NCBI GenBank assembly: GCA_963536045.1
Contig: CAUSZI010000002.1
Location: forward strand, 4,757-68,756
Direction: 5' to 3'
Length of the DNA: 64,000 bases
Source of the DNA: an uncultured Streptococcus sp.
GTDB lineage: Bacteria > Bacillota > Bacilli > Lactobacillales > Streptococcaceae
This document shows, piece by piece, positions 50,573 to 61,739 of the stretch (positions are counted from its first letter, which is position 1; each line of letters opens with the position of its first letter). Below the pieces are notes generated by a model, which was not told the origin of the DNA, did no database searches, and saw only the letters and a list, made by a program, of their open reading frames with translations. A program made the translations under genes and the position numbers.

Positions 50573-52612
50573 ATGGTAAAAAATTTATTAGTTGAATTAG
50601 GCTTGGAGGAAATGCCAGCCTATGTCGTGACACCGAGCATGAAGCAGCTGCGCGACAAGATGGGAGCCTTCCTGACAGACCATCGTTTGACCTTTGAGAA
50701 AATTGAAATGTTCTCCACACCTCGTCGTCTGGCGGTGCGCGTGGTTGGCTTGGCGGACAAGCAGTCTGATTTGACCGAAGATTTCAAAGGCCCTTCTAAG
50801 AAAATTGCTCTGGACGCAGATGGCAACTTTACCAAGGCTGCAGAAGGTTTTGTCCGTGGCAAGGGCTTGACGGTTGAGGACATTACTTTCCGTGAAATCA
50901 AGGGGGAAGAATATGTCTATGTAACCAAGGAAGAGGTCGGTCGTCCGGTAGAGGAAATCATCCCAGCAGTGACGGAAGTTCTGCAAGCTTTGACCTTCCC
51001 TGTCAGCATGCACTGGGCCAACAACACCTTTGAATACATCCGTCCAGTACATACTTTGACTGTGCTCTTAGATGAGCAGGCCTTTGACTTGGATTTCTTG
51101 GACATCAAGAGTAGCCGTACTAGCCGTGGACATCGCTTCTTGGGTCAAGAAACGGAGATTGCTTCAGCGGATTCCTATGAAGATGATCTACGGGCTCAGT
51201 TTGTCATTGCCAGTCCTCTTGAGCGGGGTGATATGATTGTCGAGCAGATTCAAGCACTGGAAGAGGAGCACGGAGTTTCTATAGAGATTGACGAAGACTT
51301 GCTTAATGAAGTGTTGAATCTGGTAGAATATCCAACTGCTTTCCTAGGTAATTTTGATGCCAAATACTTAGAGGTGCCTGAGGAAGTGCTGGTAACTTCC
51401 ATGAAAGAGCACCAACGTTACTTTGTTGTGCGCGATGCTGAAGGCAAGCTTTTGCCGCACTTCATTTCTGTCCGCAACGGAAATGCAGAGCATTTGGAAA
51501 ATGTCATCAAGGGAAATGAGAAAGTCTTGGTGGCTCGTCTGGAAGATGGGGAATTCTTCTGGCGGGAAGACCAAAAACTGGCTATTGCCGACTTGGTTGA
51601 AAAGCTGAACAATGTGACCTTCCATGAAAAGATTGGCTCTCTGGCAGAGCACATGGAGAGGACTGGTAAGATTGCTGCTCTCTTGGCGCAAGAAGCAGGA
51701 TTGGATGCGGATGAGACAGCTGACTTGGCTCGTGCAGCAGCTATTTATAAGTTTGACTTGCTGACTGGTATGGTTGGGGAATTTGATGAGCTGCAAGGCA
51801 TCATGGGTGAGAAGTATGCTCTTCTGTCTGGTGAGAATGCTGCGGTGGCAGCTGCTATTCGGGAGCACTATATGCCGACTTCAGCCGATGGCGAATTGCC
51901 TGATACTAAGGTCGGAGCAGTCTTGGCTCTGGCTGATAAGCTGGATACTATTCTGTCCTTCTTCTCAGTTGGCTTGATTCCGAGCGGTTCCAATGACCCT
52001 TATGCACTACGCCGTGCGACTCAGGGTGTCGTGCGTATCTTGGACAAGTTTGGTTGGAATATTGACTTGGCTCAGCTTCTTGGTCGACTTTACGAACTCA
52101 AGTTTGATAGTCTAAGCTATGACAATCAAGAGGCTGTGCTAGACTTCTTCCGTGCCCGTGTTGAGAAAATGATGGATCGCAGCATTCCGAAAGACATCGT
52201 GACGGCTGTTCTTCAAAGCACTAACTTTGTCGTACGCGATTTAGTAGAAACAGCTGCGCTCCTAGCAGAAAAAGCTCAGGAAGACAACTTCAAGTCAGCA
52301 GTCGAAAGCCTGTCTCGGGTCTTTAATCTAGCTGAGAAAGCCCAAGGGCAGACCGCTGTCAATCCAGCTCTCTTTGAAAATCAAGAGGAAAAAGACTTGG
52401 CTGCAGCTATTGAAAAAGTGGAGCTGACATCTGACTTAGCTGCCAATTTGGACCAACTCTTTGCTCTCAGTCCAGTTATCGATGCTTTCTTTGACCATAC
52501 CATGGTCATGGCTGAAGATGAGACTGTGCGTAACAATCGCCTAGCTCTCCTGACGTCTTTGACGGCTAAAGCGGGACAGCTGGCGCAGTTTAATCAGATT
52601 AATACCAAATAA
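50573..52612 (+). CDS. glyS: Glycyl-tRNA synthetase beta subunit
   Basis: [38 protein letters not shown]. Confidence 0.98.
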   Translation: MVKNLLVELGLEEMPAYVVTPSMKQLRDKMGAFLTDHRLTFEKIEMFSTPRRLAVRVVGLADKQSDLTEDFKGPSKKIALDADGNFTKAAEGFVRGKGLTVEDITFREIKGEEYVYVTKEEVGRPVEEIIPAVTEVLQALTFPVSMHWANNTFEYIRPVHTLTVLLDEQAFDLDFLDIKSSRTSRGHRFLGQETEIASADSYEDDLRAQFVIASPLERGDMIVEQIQALEEEHGVSIEIDEDLLNEVLNLVEYPTAFLGNFDAKYLEVPEEVLVTSMKEHQRYFVVRDAEGKLLPHFISVRNGNAEHLENVIKGNEKVLVARLEDGEFFWREDQKLAIADLVEKLNNVTFHEKIGSLAEHMERTGKIAALLAQEAGLDADETADLARAAAIYKFDLLTGMVGEFDELQGIMGEKYALLSGENAAVAAAIREHYMPTSADGELPDTKVGAVLALADKLDTILSFFSVGLIPSGSNDPYALRRATQGVVRILDKFGWNIDLAQLLGRLYELKFDSLSYDNQEAVLDFFRARVEKMMDRSIPKDIVTAVLQSTNFVVRDLVETAALLAEKAQEDNFKSAVESLSRVFNLAEKAQGQTAVNPALFENQEEKDLAAAIEKVELTSDLAANLDQLFALSPVIDAFFDHTMVMAEDETVRNNRLALLTSLTAKAGQLAQFNQINTK

Positions 52613-52632
52613 AAGGTAAGAGAGGTAGAATC

Positions 52633-52890
52633 ATGGATCCTAAAAAAATTGAACGTATAAATGAACTGGCTAAAAAGAAAAAAACGGAAGGTTTAACTGC
52701 TGAGGAAAAAGTGGAACAAGCCAAGCTTCGTGAAGAGTACATCGAAGGCTATCGTCGTTCTGTTCGCCATCACATCGAAGGCATCAAGATTGTTGATGAG
52801 GATGGCAATGATGTAACGCCTGAAAAATTGCGTCAAGTTCAGCGTGAGAAAGGTCTTCATGGCCGCAGTCTGGATGACCCAGAGTCTTAA
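52633..52890 (+). CDS. DUF896 (YnzC/UPF0291) family protein
   Basis: [37 protein letters not shown]. Confidence 0.9.
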   Translation: MDPKKIERINELAKKKKTEGLTAEEKVEQAKLREEYIEGYRRSVRHHIEGIKIVDEDGNDVTPEKLRQVQREKGLHGRSLDDPES

Positions 52891-52949
52891 GTAAAAATAT
52901 AAAAAAATCCCTCGCTAGGAAGCTAGAAAGTTCCTGTCGAGGGATTCTT

Positions 52950-53126
52950 TTATTCTTGTTTATGTTTTTTCAAAATGCGGAGGGCTATATAGATGCAACT
53001 AACGATAATTGCTACATCCAGCCAGAAAATCCAAGGCTCCGTGATACGGAAAAAGAAATAAGTAGCGATGGCAGTAATGAGGGACAGAATCCCTAGATCC
53101 ATTTTTTCTTTGAGATTAAGTCTCAT
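52950..53126 (-). CDS. Small 58-aa two-TM membrane protein (not in the ORF track)
   Basis: MRLNLKEKMDLGILSLITAIATYFFFRITEPWIFWLDVAIIVSCIYIALRILKKHKQE; ATGA overlap with the upstream gene's stop and an AGGAGG RBS. Confidence 0.7.
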   Translation of the reverse strand: MRLNLKEKMDLGILSLITAIATYFFFRITEPWIFWLDVAIIVSCIYIALRILKKHKQE

Positions 53127-53665
53127 AGGTCTTCTTCCTCCTTTTTTTGTGCTTGACGAATCTTTCCTTTGGCAATGAAATGCATAATCAGTCCAAATCC
53201 AAGACCTGCGGCTAATCCAGTTATAATAAGTTTAGGCTGAAGCAAAACTTGTAGGATATCTTTCTTTTCCATGACAGCTATCATGATGCCGAAGAGAGGG
53301 TAAAAGAGCAGCCAATAGGAGAAGCCTGCTTTGAGACCAGCATGTTTCATAGCTTTTTCTTCTTTTTCATCCTGAAGTCCTAGCTCTAGATCATCAATTC
53401 CTTTGCGCCGTGCTTGGATGATTATATAGACACAGAAGCCGAGGATAAGGATTTCCAGCAGGATAGGATAGGCAAGAGCGATAATTTTGGGCCAGCGAAA
53501 GGCTAGGGGAAAGGCGATGGCATTGCCAAAAATCAGAATAAAGAAAAGCCAAATAAAGCCTATATTTCCTAAGTGTTCAGCCTGTTGGCGCTTTTGCTCG
53601 TCCAAAGGTCCGGTAATGCCGTAAAATCGTTTAATCATCTTGTCTGAGAATGTTTCTTTTTTCAT
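53123..53665 (-). CDS. DUF3278-like membrane protein (paralogue 2)
   Basis: MKKETFSDKMIKRFYGITGPLDE N-terminus followed by 4 TM helices. Confidence 0.75.
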   Translation of the reverse strand: MKKETFSDKMIKRFYGITGPLDEQKRQQAEHLGNIGFIWLFFILIFGNAIAFPLAFRWPKIIALAYPILLEILILGFCVYIIIQARRKGIDDLELGLQDEKEEKAMKHAGLKAGFSYWLLFYPLFGIMIAVMEKKDILQVLLQPKLIITGLAAGLGFGLIMHFIAKGKIRQAQKKEEEDL

Positions 53666-53696
53666 GTTTGTGTCCTTTCTAGCTTAGGTCAAGGGA

Positions 53697-54227
53697 TTAT
53701 TCGCTCTGTTCAGTATGGTGTTTGCGTGATTTGAAGTAAAAGCTGATAAAAACACCTAAAATGCTAGCGACCAAGGCTGTTTTCAGGATTCGATCAGCTT
53801 TTAAAAAGAGAGTGAAAAAGTCTTGCTTGAGAGTGACTGCCTCTACAAGGCTAAAGATAGGATGGAAAGTCAACCCAACGAAGAGAGCAATCTTAAGACC
53901 AGGATATTGAAGCTTGCGCCTTTCTTTTTCACTCATGAGTTCCAAATCCAAATCTGCCAGGTGCTCTTTCTCAGACCTGAAGTAAATGATGCCAGCTATT
54001 ATAAAGGTAAGAAGCTCTATAATAATGGGGTAAATTCGAGCATCTAATCCTGGATAGATATCGGCTAGCATGAAAGCTAGGAAATTACCAACTTGCAAAA
54101 TCAAGAAAAGCCAGATAAAGCCTATATTTCCTAGATGCTCAGCCTGTTGGCGCTTTTGTTCGTCCAAAGGTCCAGTAATGCCGTAAAATCGTTTGATCAT
54201 CTTGTCTGAGAATCTTTCTTTTTTCAT
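53697..54227 (-). CDS. DUF3278-like membrane protein (paralogue 1)
   Basis: MKKERFSDKMIKRFYGITGPLDE N-terminus followed by 4 TM helices. Confidence 0.75.
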   Translation of the reverse strand: MKKERFSDKMIKRFYGITGPLDEQKRQQAEHLGNIGFIWLFLILQVGNFLAFMLADIYPGLDARIYPIIIELLTFIIAGIIYFRSEKEHLADLDLELMSEKERRKLQYPGLKIALFVGLTFHPIFSLVEAVTLKQDFFTLFLKADRILKTALVASILGVFISFYFKSRKHHTEQSE

Positions 54228-54274
54228 GTTTGTGTCCTTTCTTTAGGTATGAATATTACTGTAGTGAAAAATTC

Positions 54275-54490
54275 TTAGTCCTCAGAATCTTCATCTGTCA
54301 GCTGGGGTTCCCAGAAGAGGGTGTTGAGATCAGTATCCAGCGCTCTAGCCAGATTGATACAGAGCTCGAGGGTGGGGTTGTATTTGTTGTTTTCAATCAT
54401 ATTGATAGTTTGTCTCGATACCCCGATAGACTTGGCCAGCTCTAGCTGAGACATCTTTTTTTCTTTTCGAAATTCTTTGACACGATTCAT
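54275..54490 (-). CDS. XRE/Cro-CI family HTH regulator
   Basis: SQLELAKSIGVSRQTINMIENNKYNPTLEL. Confidence 0.92.
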   Translation of the reverse strand: MNRVKEFRKEKKMSQLELAKSIGVSRQTINMIENNKYNPTLELCINLARALDTDLNTLFWEPQLTDEDSED

Positions 54491-54537
54491 TACACCCTTC
54501 CTTTCTAATTCTATAACTGATAACTTTCAGTAAGTTT

Positions 54538-54608
54538 GTCAGTTATATTTGACTTTTATTTTATGCTAGTATAATACTTTTCAAAAAAAGTGTCAAGTAT
54601 ATCTGACA
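54538..54608 (-). promoter_or_regulatory. Promoter and two palindromic operators for the XRE-DUF3278 operon
   Basis: Minus strand TTGACA-17bp-TATACT (54596-54568); operators TGTCAAGTATATCTGACA 54591-54608 and GTCAGTTATATTTGAC 54538-54553. Confidence 0.72.
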
Positions 54609-54690
54609 AAAAATTTAAAAAAGGATTTCATCCGCTTACTTTTTCTTTTAAATTTTTTTTTGCTTTTGAATGTGATATAATAAGTAAGAT

Positions 54691-55641
54691 ATGACAAACG
54701 AATTTCATCACATTACTGTTCTTCTTCATGAAACGGTTGACCAGCTGGCGGTTAAGCCTGACGGCATCTATGTCGATGCGACCCTTGGCGGTGCTGGTCA
54801 CAGCGAATATCTTTTGAGCCAGCTCGGAGACGAAGGGCATCTCTATGCCTTTGATCAGGACCAGACGGCTATTGACAATGCTAAAAAGCGTTTGGCTCCT
54901 TATGTAGAGCGGGGGATGGTGACCTTTATCAAGGACAATTTCCGCCACCTCAAGAGCCGTTTGCAAGAAGCCGGTGTGGAAGAAATTGATGGAATTTGTT
55001 ATGATTTAGGCGTTTCCAGCCCACAGCTGGATCAGCGTGAGCGTGGTTTTTCCTATAAACAGGATGCGCCTTTGGATATGCGCATGAACCGCGAGGCTGC
55101 CTTGACAGCTTTTGATGTTGTCAATCATTATAGCTATCAGGATTTAGTACGAATCTTTTTTAAATACGGCGAAGACAAGTTTTCTAAGCAGATTGCTCGC
55201 AAGATTGAGCAGGCTAGAAGTGTCAAGCCTATTGAAACAACGACAGAACTGGCTGAAATTATCAAGTCAGCCAAGCCAGCTAAGGAGCTGAAGAAGAAAG
55301 GCCATCCAGCCAAGCAGATTTTTCAGGCCATTCGGATTGAGGTCAATGATGAGTTGGGAGCGGCGGATGAGTCTATTCAGCAAGCTATTGATTTGCTGGC
55401 GGTGGACGGCCGGATTGCGGTCATTACCTTTCATTCGCTGGAAGACCGTCTGACCAAGCAGCTTTTCAAGGAGGCGTCAACAGTGGATGTTCCCAAGGGC
55501 CTGCCCTTCATCCCAGATGAACTGCAGCCTAAGCTGGAGCTGGTCAGCCGCAAACCAATTTTACCAAGCAAAGAAGAATTAGAAAGCAATAACCGGGCTC
55601 ATTCCGCCAAGCTGCGCGTGGCCCGTAAGATACACAAGTGA
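54691..55641 (+). CDS. rsmH: 16S rRNA C1402 N4-methyltransferase RsmH (MraW)
   Basis: [36 protein letters not shown]. Confidence 0.97.
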   Translation: MTNEFHHITVLLHETVDQLAVKPDGIYVDATLGGAGHSEYLLSQLGDEGHLYAFDQDQTAIDNAKKRLAPYVERGMVTFIKDNFRHLKSRLQEAGVEEIDGICYDLGVSSPQLDQRERGFSYKQDAPLDMRMNREAALTAFDVVNHYSYQDLVRIFFKYGEDKFSKQIARKIEQARSVKPIETTTELAEIIKSAKPAKELKKKGHPAKQIFQAIRIEVNDELGAADESIQQAIDLLAVDGRIAVITFHSLEDRLTKQLFKEASTVDVPKGLPFIPDELQPKLELVSRKPILPSKEELESNNRAHSAKLRVARKIHK

Positions 55642-55648
55642 GGAAGAA

Positions 55649-55972
55649 ATGTCAGAAAAAAGACCAAACCCGCTTCAAGATCAGATGAGAAAATTTTCCC
55701 GAGTTGAGAAGGCCTTTTACGGCTCCATCGTTTTGACTGCCATTATTTTAGCGGTCAGCATCGTCTTTATGCAGACCAAGCTATTGCAGGTGGACCGGGA
55801 TTTGACGGAAGTCAATACGCAGATTGAGGCGGAGCAGACAGAACTGGCCGACATCAAGCAGGAAGTCAATGAACTGACCCGCTATGAAAGGCTGTCCCAG
55901 CTGGCCAGCTCTCAGGATATGAAACTCCAGAAGGGAAATCGTAAAACGGTGAGTTCAACGGATGAAGAATAG
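55649..55972 (+). CDS. ftsL: Cell division protein FtsL
   Basis: FSRVEKAFY, single TM helix and coiled coil; between rsmH and pbp2x. Confidence 0.92.
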   Translation: MSEKRPNPLQDQMRKFSRVEKAFYGSIVLTAIILAVSIVFMQTKLLQVDRDLTEVNTQIEAEQTELADIKQEVNELTRYERLSQLASSQDMKLQKGNRKTVSSTDEE

Positions 55973-58250
55973 AATTTTTGAAAGAATTAAAAAATACGCC
56001 CTGAAAAATAGGCAAACCCCTGAATACAATCGGCGGCAAGTGGGAAAGAGCATGAGCATCTTAGCTATCTTTCTCTTTTTCGTTTTCTTGATTAATTTTG
56101 CCATTATTATCGGGACAGACCAGAAGTTCGGTGTTAATTTATCAAAGGGAGCAGAAGTGGTCCATCAAAAGACTGTCACAGTCGCTGCCCGGCGTGGAAC
56201 GATTTATGACCGAAATGGAGTTCCCATTGCAGAGGATGCCACGACTTATAATGTTTATGCCATTATTGACAAGAGTTACAAGTCAGCTACCGGCAAGATT
56301 CTCTATGTAGAAGAATCCCAGTACGATAAGGTGGCAGAGATTTTCAATCAATACCTAGAGCTGGATAAGGACTACGTCAAAACCCAGCTGTCTCAGAAAA
56401 ATCTCAAGCAGGTTTCCTTCGGGGCCCAGGGCAATGGCATTACCTACAGTAATATGAATGCCATGCGGGAAGCCTTTGAAGCTGCTGGTATTGAAGGGAT
56501 TGACTTTACTACTAGTCCCAACCGCAGTTATAGTAACGGTGTCTTTGCCTCCCAGTTTATCGGTCTTGCCCAGCTGCAGGAGGATAAGGAAGGTAATAAG
56601 ACGCTAAAAGGGACTTCTGGCATGGAGCAGGCACTGGATAGGATTCTTGCTGGTCAGAATGGGGTTGTGACCTACGAAAAAGACCGAAATGGTAATGTTG
56701 TCCCTGGGTCGGAAAAGGTCTCTGTACAGGCAGAGGATGGCAAGGACGTCTATACAACGCTGTCGGCTGATTTGCAAACCTACCTAGAAACGCGGATGAA
56801 CGCCTTTCAGGAAAAAGTCAAAGGTAAGTTTGTCAATGCAACCTTGGTCAGTGCCAAGACCGGCGAAATCCTAGCCACCTCTCAACGGCCGACCTATAAT
56901 GCAGATACCAAGGAAGGCTTGAATGAGGAAAATCTGGGCACATGGAATACCATGCTCTATCAAGGTCAGTACGAGCCTGGATCTACCATGAAGGTCATGA
57001 CTCTGGCTTCAGCTATTGATAATGGTAGTTTTAATCCTAACGATACCTTTGACAGCAGAGAGTATAAGGTCATGGATGCGACCATTCGGGACTGGGACGT
57101 CAACATGGGGATTTCAGAAGGGGGAACCCTGACCTTTGCCCAAGGATTTACCTATTCCAGTAACGTCGGTATGACTATTCTGGAGCAGAAGATGGGCAAT
57201 GACAAGTGGCTGGACTACTTGAGTAAGTTTAAGTTTGGTCTGCCGACTCGTTTTGGGATGGGTAATGAAACCTATGGCTCCTTGCCAGGTGATAACTATG
57301 TTACGATTGCCATGAGCTCCTTTGGTCAAGGGATTGGTGTGACCCAGGTGCAGATGCTGCGTGCCTTCTCATCGGTAGCCAATGACGGTGTCATGGTAGA
57401 GCCTAAGTTTATCAATGCTATCCATGATCCTAAAACCAATACAGCTCGTAAGACAGCGACAGAAATTATCGGAAATCCTGTCTCAGAAAAAGCAGCTCAA
57501 ACCACTCGGGATTATATGGTTCAGGTCGGAACAGACCCCTACAAAGGAACCCTGAATGTCGGTGGAGAACCCGTCATTCAAGTGGCCGGTCAGAATGTCG
57601 CTGTCAAGTCAGGGACCGCTCAGATCGCTTCTGAAAATGGTTATCTAGAGGGCGAGAACGACAATATCTATTCAGTTGTTGCCATGACGCCGGCAGAAAA
57701 TCCTGAATTTATCATGTATGTGACAGTTCAGCAGCCTGAGGAAAAATTCCAGCCTATATTCTGGCAGGAAGTGGTCAATCCGGTCTTGGAAGAAGCAGTC
57801 GCTCTTAAAGACAGTCTTAATCTGACGACAGAGACGACTCCAGCTCTCGAAACAGTCACTGAAGAAACCGGTTATAAAATGCCATCCGTAGAGGAACTGA
57901 CCAAGCAACTAGGTCTGAAAAATCAAATCAGCCCTGGCGGTCTGGCAGATGAATTGAGCCGCAACTTAGTCCAGCCAATTGTGCTGGGAACAGGTGGCAA
58001 GATTAAAAAAGTATCTGTCAAAGAGGGCAAAAATCTCAAGTCCAACCAGCAGGTTTTGATCTTGTCAGATGATTTAGAAAGTCTGCCTGATATGTACGGC
58101 TGGACCAAGGCCAATGTTGAACGTTTTGCCAAGTGGCAGGACATTGAAGTCACTTTCAAAGGAGAGGGCTCCAAGGTCGTCAAGCAGAGCGAGAAGACCA
58201 ATACTTCGCTGAAAAATCTCAAGAAAATAACAATTACAATGGGAGACTAA
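55962..58250 (+). CDS. pbp2x: Penicillin-binding protein 2X
   Basis: [17 protein letters not shown] and KSG motifs; C-terminal PASTA domains. Confidence 0.96.
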   Translation: MKNRIFERIKKYALKNRQTPEYNRRQVGKSMSILAIFLFFVFLINFAIIIGTDQKFGVNLSKGAEVVHQKTVTVAARRGTIYDRNGVPIAEDATTYNVYAIIDKSYKSATGKILYVEESQYDKVAEIFNQYLELDKDYVKTQLSQKNLKQVSFGAQGNGITYSNMNAMREAFEAAGIEGIDFTTSPNRSYSNGVFASQFIGLAQLQEDKEGNKTLKGTSGMEQALDRILAGQNGVVTYEKDRNGNVVPGSEKVSVQAEDGKDVYTTLSADLQTYLETRMNAFQEKVKGKFVNATLVSAKTGEILATSQRPTYNADTKEGLNEENLGTWNTMLYQGQYEPGSTMKVMTLASAIDNGSFNPNDTFDSREYKVMDATIRDWDVNMGISEGGTLTFAQGFTYSSNVGMTILEQKMGNDKWLDYLSKFKFGLPTRFGMGNETYGSLPGDNYVTIAMSSFGQGIGVTQVQMLRAFSSVANDGVMVEPKFINAIHDPKTNTARKTATEIIGNPVSEKAAQTTRDYMVQVGTDPYKGTLNVGGEPVIQVAGQNVAVKSGTAQIASENGYLEGENDNIYSVVAMTPAENPEFIMYVTVQQPEEKFQPIFWQEVVNPVLEEAVALKDSLNLTTETTPALETVTEETGYKMPSVEELTKQLGLKNQISPGGLADELSRNLVQPIVLGTGGKIKKVSVKEGKNLKSNQQVLILSDDLESLPDMYGWTKANVERFAKWQDIEVTFKGEGSKVVKQSEKTNTSLKNLKKITITMGD

Positions 58251-58251
58251 T

Positions 58252-59235
58252 ATGCTTATTGCTCTTATTGCAGGAATCGTAACTTTTATCCTAACTATCA
58301 TCGGCATTCCTGCCTTTATTCGTTTTTACCATAAGGCCCGTATCACAGGCCAACAGATGCACGAAGATGTTAAGCAGCATCAGGCCAAGGCCGGAACACC
58401 AACCATGGGTGGCACAGTCTTTCTCTTGACATCTGTTTTGGCCAGCTTTGTTATCGGTCTGGTTTCGCATCAGCTGTCAAACGGTCTCATCATGATTCTT
58501 TTTATCTTGGTCCTGTATGGTGTTGTCGGCTTTTTGGACGACTTTCTCAAGGTGTTTCGTAAGATCAACGAGGGTCTAAATCCCAAGCAGAAATTGTTTC
58601 TGCAGCTGGTCGGTGGAGTTGTCTTTTACTTCTTTTACAATCAGCACGGTGCAGGTGACCAGCTGAATATCTTCACCGTTCCTGTCCAGATAGGCTTCCT
58701 CTATGTCTTTTTCGTCCTTTTTTGGCTGATTGGCTTCTCCAATGCTGTCAATCTGACGGATGGAATTGATGGTTTGGCCAGTATCTCGGTGGTCATCAGC
58801 TTGGTGGCCTATGCTGTGATTGCTGTTGAGCAGAAGCGTTTTGATATTCTGATTGTCATCATTAGCATGATTGGCGGCTTGCTAGGCTTCTTTGTCTTTA
58901 ACCACAAGCCCGCTAAGATTTTCATGGGAGATGTAGGAAGCTTGGCTTTGGGCGGTATGCTGGCTGCTATCTCTATTTCCCTTCACCAAGAATGGACCCT
59001 GCTTTTGATTGGAATCGTCTATGTGTTTGAAACAACTTCTGTCATGATGCAGGTGACCTACTTCAAGCTGACCGGCGGCAAGCGGATTTTTCGGATGACT
59101 CCAGTTCATCATCACTTTGAGCTGGGTGGCCTAACTGGCCACGGCAAAGAATGGAGCGAGTGGAAGGTCGATTTCTTCTTCTGGGGAATCGGTATCGTGG
59201 GCAGTCTCTTGACCCTGGCTATCCTATATCTATAG
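58252..59235 (+). CDS. mraY: Phospho-N-acetylmuramoyl-pentapeptide transferase
   Basis: [40 protein letters not shown]. Confidence 0.97.
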   Translation: MLIALIAGIVTFILTIIGIPAFIRFYHKARITGQQMHEDVKQHQAKAGTPTMGGTVFLLTSVLASFVIGLVSHQLSNGLIMILFILVLYGVVGFLDDFLKVFRKINEGLNPKQKLFLQLVGGVVFYFFYNQHGAGDQLNIFTVPVQIGFLYVFFVLFWLIGFSNAVNLTDGIDGLASISVVISLVAYAVIAVEQKRFDILIVIISMIGGLLGFFVFNHKPAKIFMGDVGSLALGGMLAAISISLHQEWTLLLIGIVYVFETTSVMMQVTYFKLTGGKRIFRMTPVHHHFELGGLTGHGKEWSEWKVDFFFWGIGIVGSLLTLAILYL

Positions 59236-59339
59236 CAAGAAGCGAGTCTCTGGCTCGCTTTTCTGCTTCTTAGATTTGAGGGTAAGCAGGATGGCAGATT
59301 TTTTGGTATAATGGTTAGGATAATAGAATAGAGGACAAG

Positions 59340-60683
59340 ATGAAATTTACAGAATTTAAGTTTAAAGATTATATTCAGGAAGCGCTTAGAGATTTGAACT
59401 TCGTTGAAGCGACTCCAGTCCAAGAGAAGCTGATTCCAGTGGTATTGTCAGGTCGGGATTTGGTCGGTGAGTCCAAGACAGGCTCTGGGAAGACCCACAC
59501 ATTTTTGCTGCCGATCTTTCAAATGCTGGATGAGGAAGCAGACAGCGTGCAGGCTGTTATTACAGCTCCAAGTCGGGAGCTGGCAGCACAGATTTATCAG
59601 GCTGCTCGGCAGTTGGCTAGCTTTTCTGAAAAAGAGATTCGAGTAGCCAACTATGTCGGTGGGACAGACAAGGCTCGTCAGATTGGGAAGTTAGAGTCCA
59701 GTCAGCCCCATATCGTCATCGGAACACCAGGGCGGATATATGACTTGGTAGAGTCTGGCGACTTGGCTATTCACAAGGCCAAGACCTTTGTTGTTGACGA
59801 AGCTGATATGACGCTGGACATGGGCTTTTTGGCGACGGTTGATAAGATTGCCGGCCGGCTACCTAAAAACCTGCAGTTTCTCGTCTTTTCAGCGACCATT
59901 CCACAGAAGCTTCAGCCTTTTTTGAAAAAATACCTGTCTAATCCAGTCATTGAGCAGATTAAGACCAAGACGGTCATTGCGGACACCATTGAAAACTGGC
60001 TCCTGTCAACCAAGGGACGAGATAAAAATGCCCAGATTTATCAAATCAGTCAGCTCCTACAGCCTTATCTGGCTATGATTTTCGTTAATACCAAGACGAG
60101 GGCAGACGAGCTGCACAGCTATCTGACAGCTCAAGGGCTCAAAGTTGCTAAAATTCATGGAGATATTGCTCCGAGGGAGCGCAAGCGTATCATGAATCAG
60201 GTCAAGAATCTGGATTTTGAGTACATTGTCGCTACTGACTTGGCAGCGAGGGGGATTGATATCGAAGGTGTCAGCCATGTTATCAATGATGCCATTCCTC
60301 AGGACTTGTCTTTCTTTGTCCATCGGGTAGGCCGGACCGGCCGTAATGGTCTTCCCGGCACAGCCATTACCCTCTACCAGCCGAGTGACGACTCAGATAT
60401 TCGGGAGCTGGAAAAGATGGGGATTAAGTTCATTCCCAAGATGATAAAAGATGACGAGTTCCAGGATACCTACGATCGAGACCGTCGGGCCAATCGGGAA
60501 AAGAGCCGGGAGAAGCTGGATACGGAAATGCTGGGGCTAGTCAAGAAGAAAAAGAAAAAAATCAAACCAGGCTACAAGAAAAAAATCCAGTGGGCGGTGA
60601 ACGAGAAGCGCCGCAAGACCAAGCGAGCAGAGAATCGTGCACGTGGCCGGGCAGAACGTAAGGCTAAGCGCCAAACCTTTTAG
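59340..60683 (+). CDS. cshB: DEAD-box RNA helicase (CshB-like)
   Basis: TGSGKT, GTPGR, DEAD, FSAT, ARGID, HRVGRTGR; basic C-terminal tail. Confidence 0.9.
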   Translation: MKFTEFKFKDYIQEALRDLNFVEATPVQEKLIPVVLSGRDLVGESKTGSGKTHTFLLPIFQMLDEEADSVQAVITAPSRELAAQIYQAARQLASFSEKEIRVANYVGGTDKARQIGKLESSQPHIVIGTPGRIYDLVESGDLAIHKAKTFVVDEADMTLDMGFLATVDKIAGRLPKNLQFLVFSATIPQKLQPFLKKYLSNPVIEQIKTKTVIADTIENWLLSTKGRDKNAQIYQISQLLQPYLAMIFVNTKTRADELHSYLTAQGLKVAKIHGDIAPRERKRIMNQVKNLDFEYIVATDLAARGIDIEGVSHVINDAIPQDLSFFVHRVGRTGRNGLPGTAITLYQPSDDSDIRELEKMGIKFIPKMIKDDEFQDTYDRDRRANREKSREKLDTEMLGLVKKKKKKIKPGYKKKIQWAVNEKRRKTKRAENRARGRAERKAKRQTF

Positions 60684-60710
60684 TGATATACTTTTCTTAT
60701 CGCTGTGATA
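60684..60710 (+). promoter_or_regulatory. CmbR/CysR (LysR-type sulfur regulator) box
   Basis: TGATA-N9-TATCG-N3-TGATA matches the TGATA-N9-TATCA-N2-4-TGATA consensus with one mismatch, upstream of an amino-acid ABC pair. Confidence 0.65.
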
Positions 60711-60926
60711 AGAAAAATATATTAGTCTTTATGAGATAGATATGATAGACTAGTGAAACTAGTCTATTTTTATATTGGGCTTAGTGTGGCTTATTTGATA
60801 TTTAGGAACACGAGATTTGCACTAGCTACTCATGTTTTGACTGCTAAAAGACAGTAAAAGCGGAGCAAATTCTTTGTTTTGTTCTAGAATTGTGTTAAAA
60901 TATTTCATTATCAAGAAAAGGAAGTA

Positions 60927-61739
60927 ATGATGGTAGTTACAACTTATCTTCTGACAACTGGTTGGTATGAGGAGTTCCTCAAGATTATTCCAGATGGTAA
61001 ATTATTTAGTTTAAGGGCTGTTTTTGAGGCTATTCCCGGCATTTTGCAAAATCTGCCAATCACCCTTCTCTTGACAGCGGGTGGTGCAGTCTTTGGTATT
61101 CTGCTTGCCATGGTTTTTGCTATCGTCAAGATTAATCGGGTTAAAGTCCTGTATCCGATTCAGGCTTTCTTTGTCAGCTTTCTGAGAGGAACACCTCTTC
61201 TGGTCCAGCTCATGCTGACCTATTTTGGGATTCCTTTGTTGCTGAAGGCTATCAATCAGCAGTATGGCACAAGTTTTAATATCAATGATATTCCAGCGTC
61301 TGTCTTTGCGATTGTTGCCTTTGCTTTCAACGAAGCGGCTTATGCCAGTGAGACCATCCGGGCAGCCATCTTGTCCGTGGATCCGGGGGAGATTGAGGCT
61401 GCTCGCAGTCTAGGGATGACCAACAAACAGGTTTATATGCGTGTCATTATCCCCAATGCAGCAGTGGTAGCGACGCCTAGTCTGATTAATTCCCTGATTG
61501 GCTTGACCAAGGGTACTTCTCTGGCCTTTAGTGCTGGTGTAGTGGAAATTTTTGCCAAGGCACAGGCTATCGCGGGGGCGGACTACCGTTACTTTGAGCG
61601 TTTTATTTCGGTGTCCCTGATTTATTGGGCTGTCAATATTCTCATTGAGCAGCTTGGCCGATGGATCGAAAAGATGATGGATATCAAGCAGCCAGATAAA
61701 TTTGAATCGCTTCAGCAAGCAGAAGGAGAAGGAATCTGA
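60927..61739 (+). CDS. Polar amino acid ABC transporter permease (TcyB-like)
   Basis: FLRGTPLLVQL, AAYASETIRAAI, EIEAARSLGM (EAA loop). Confidence 0.9.
   Translation: MMVVTTYLLTTGWYEEFLKIIPDGKLFSLRAVFEAIPGILQNLPITLLLTAGGAVFGILLAMVFAIVKINRVKVLYPIQAFFVSFLRGTPLLVQLMLTYFGIPLLLKAINQQYGTSFNINDIPASVFAIVAFAFNEAAYASETIRAAILSVDPGEIEAARSLGMTNKQVYMRVIIPNAAVVATPSLINSLIGLTKGTSLAFSAGVVEIFAKAQAIAGADYRYFERFISVSLIYWAVNILIEQLGRWIEKMMDIKQPDKFESLQQAEGEGI

Noticed and set aside
55962..58250. Beta-lactam-resistance mosaic in pbp2x
   Set aside because: Active-site motifs STMK, SSN and KSG look canonical; mosaicism cannot be judged without an alignment
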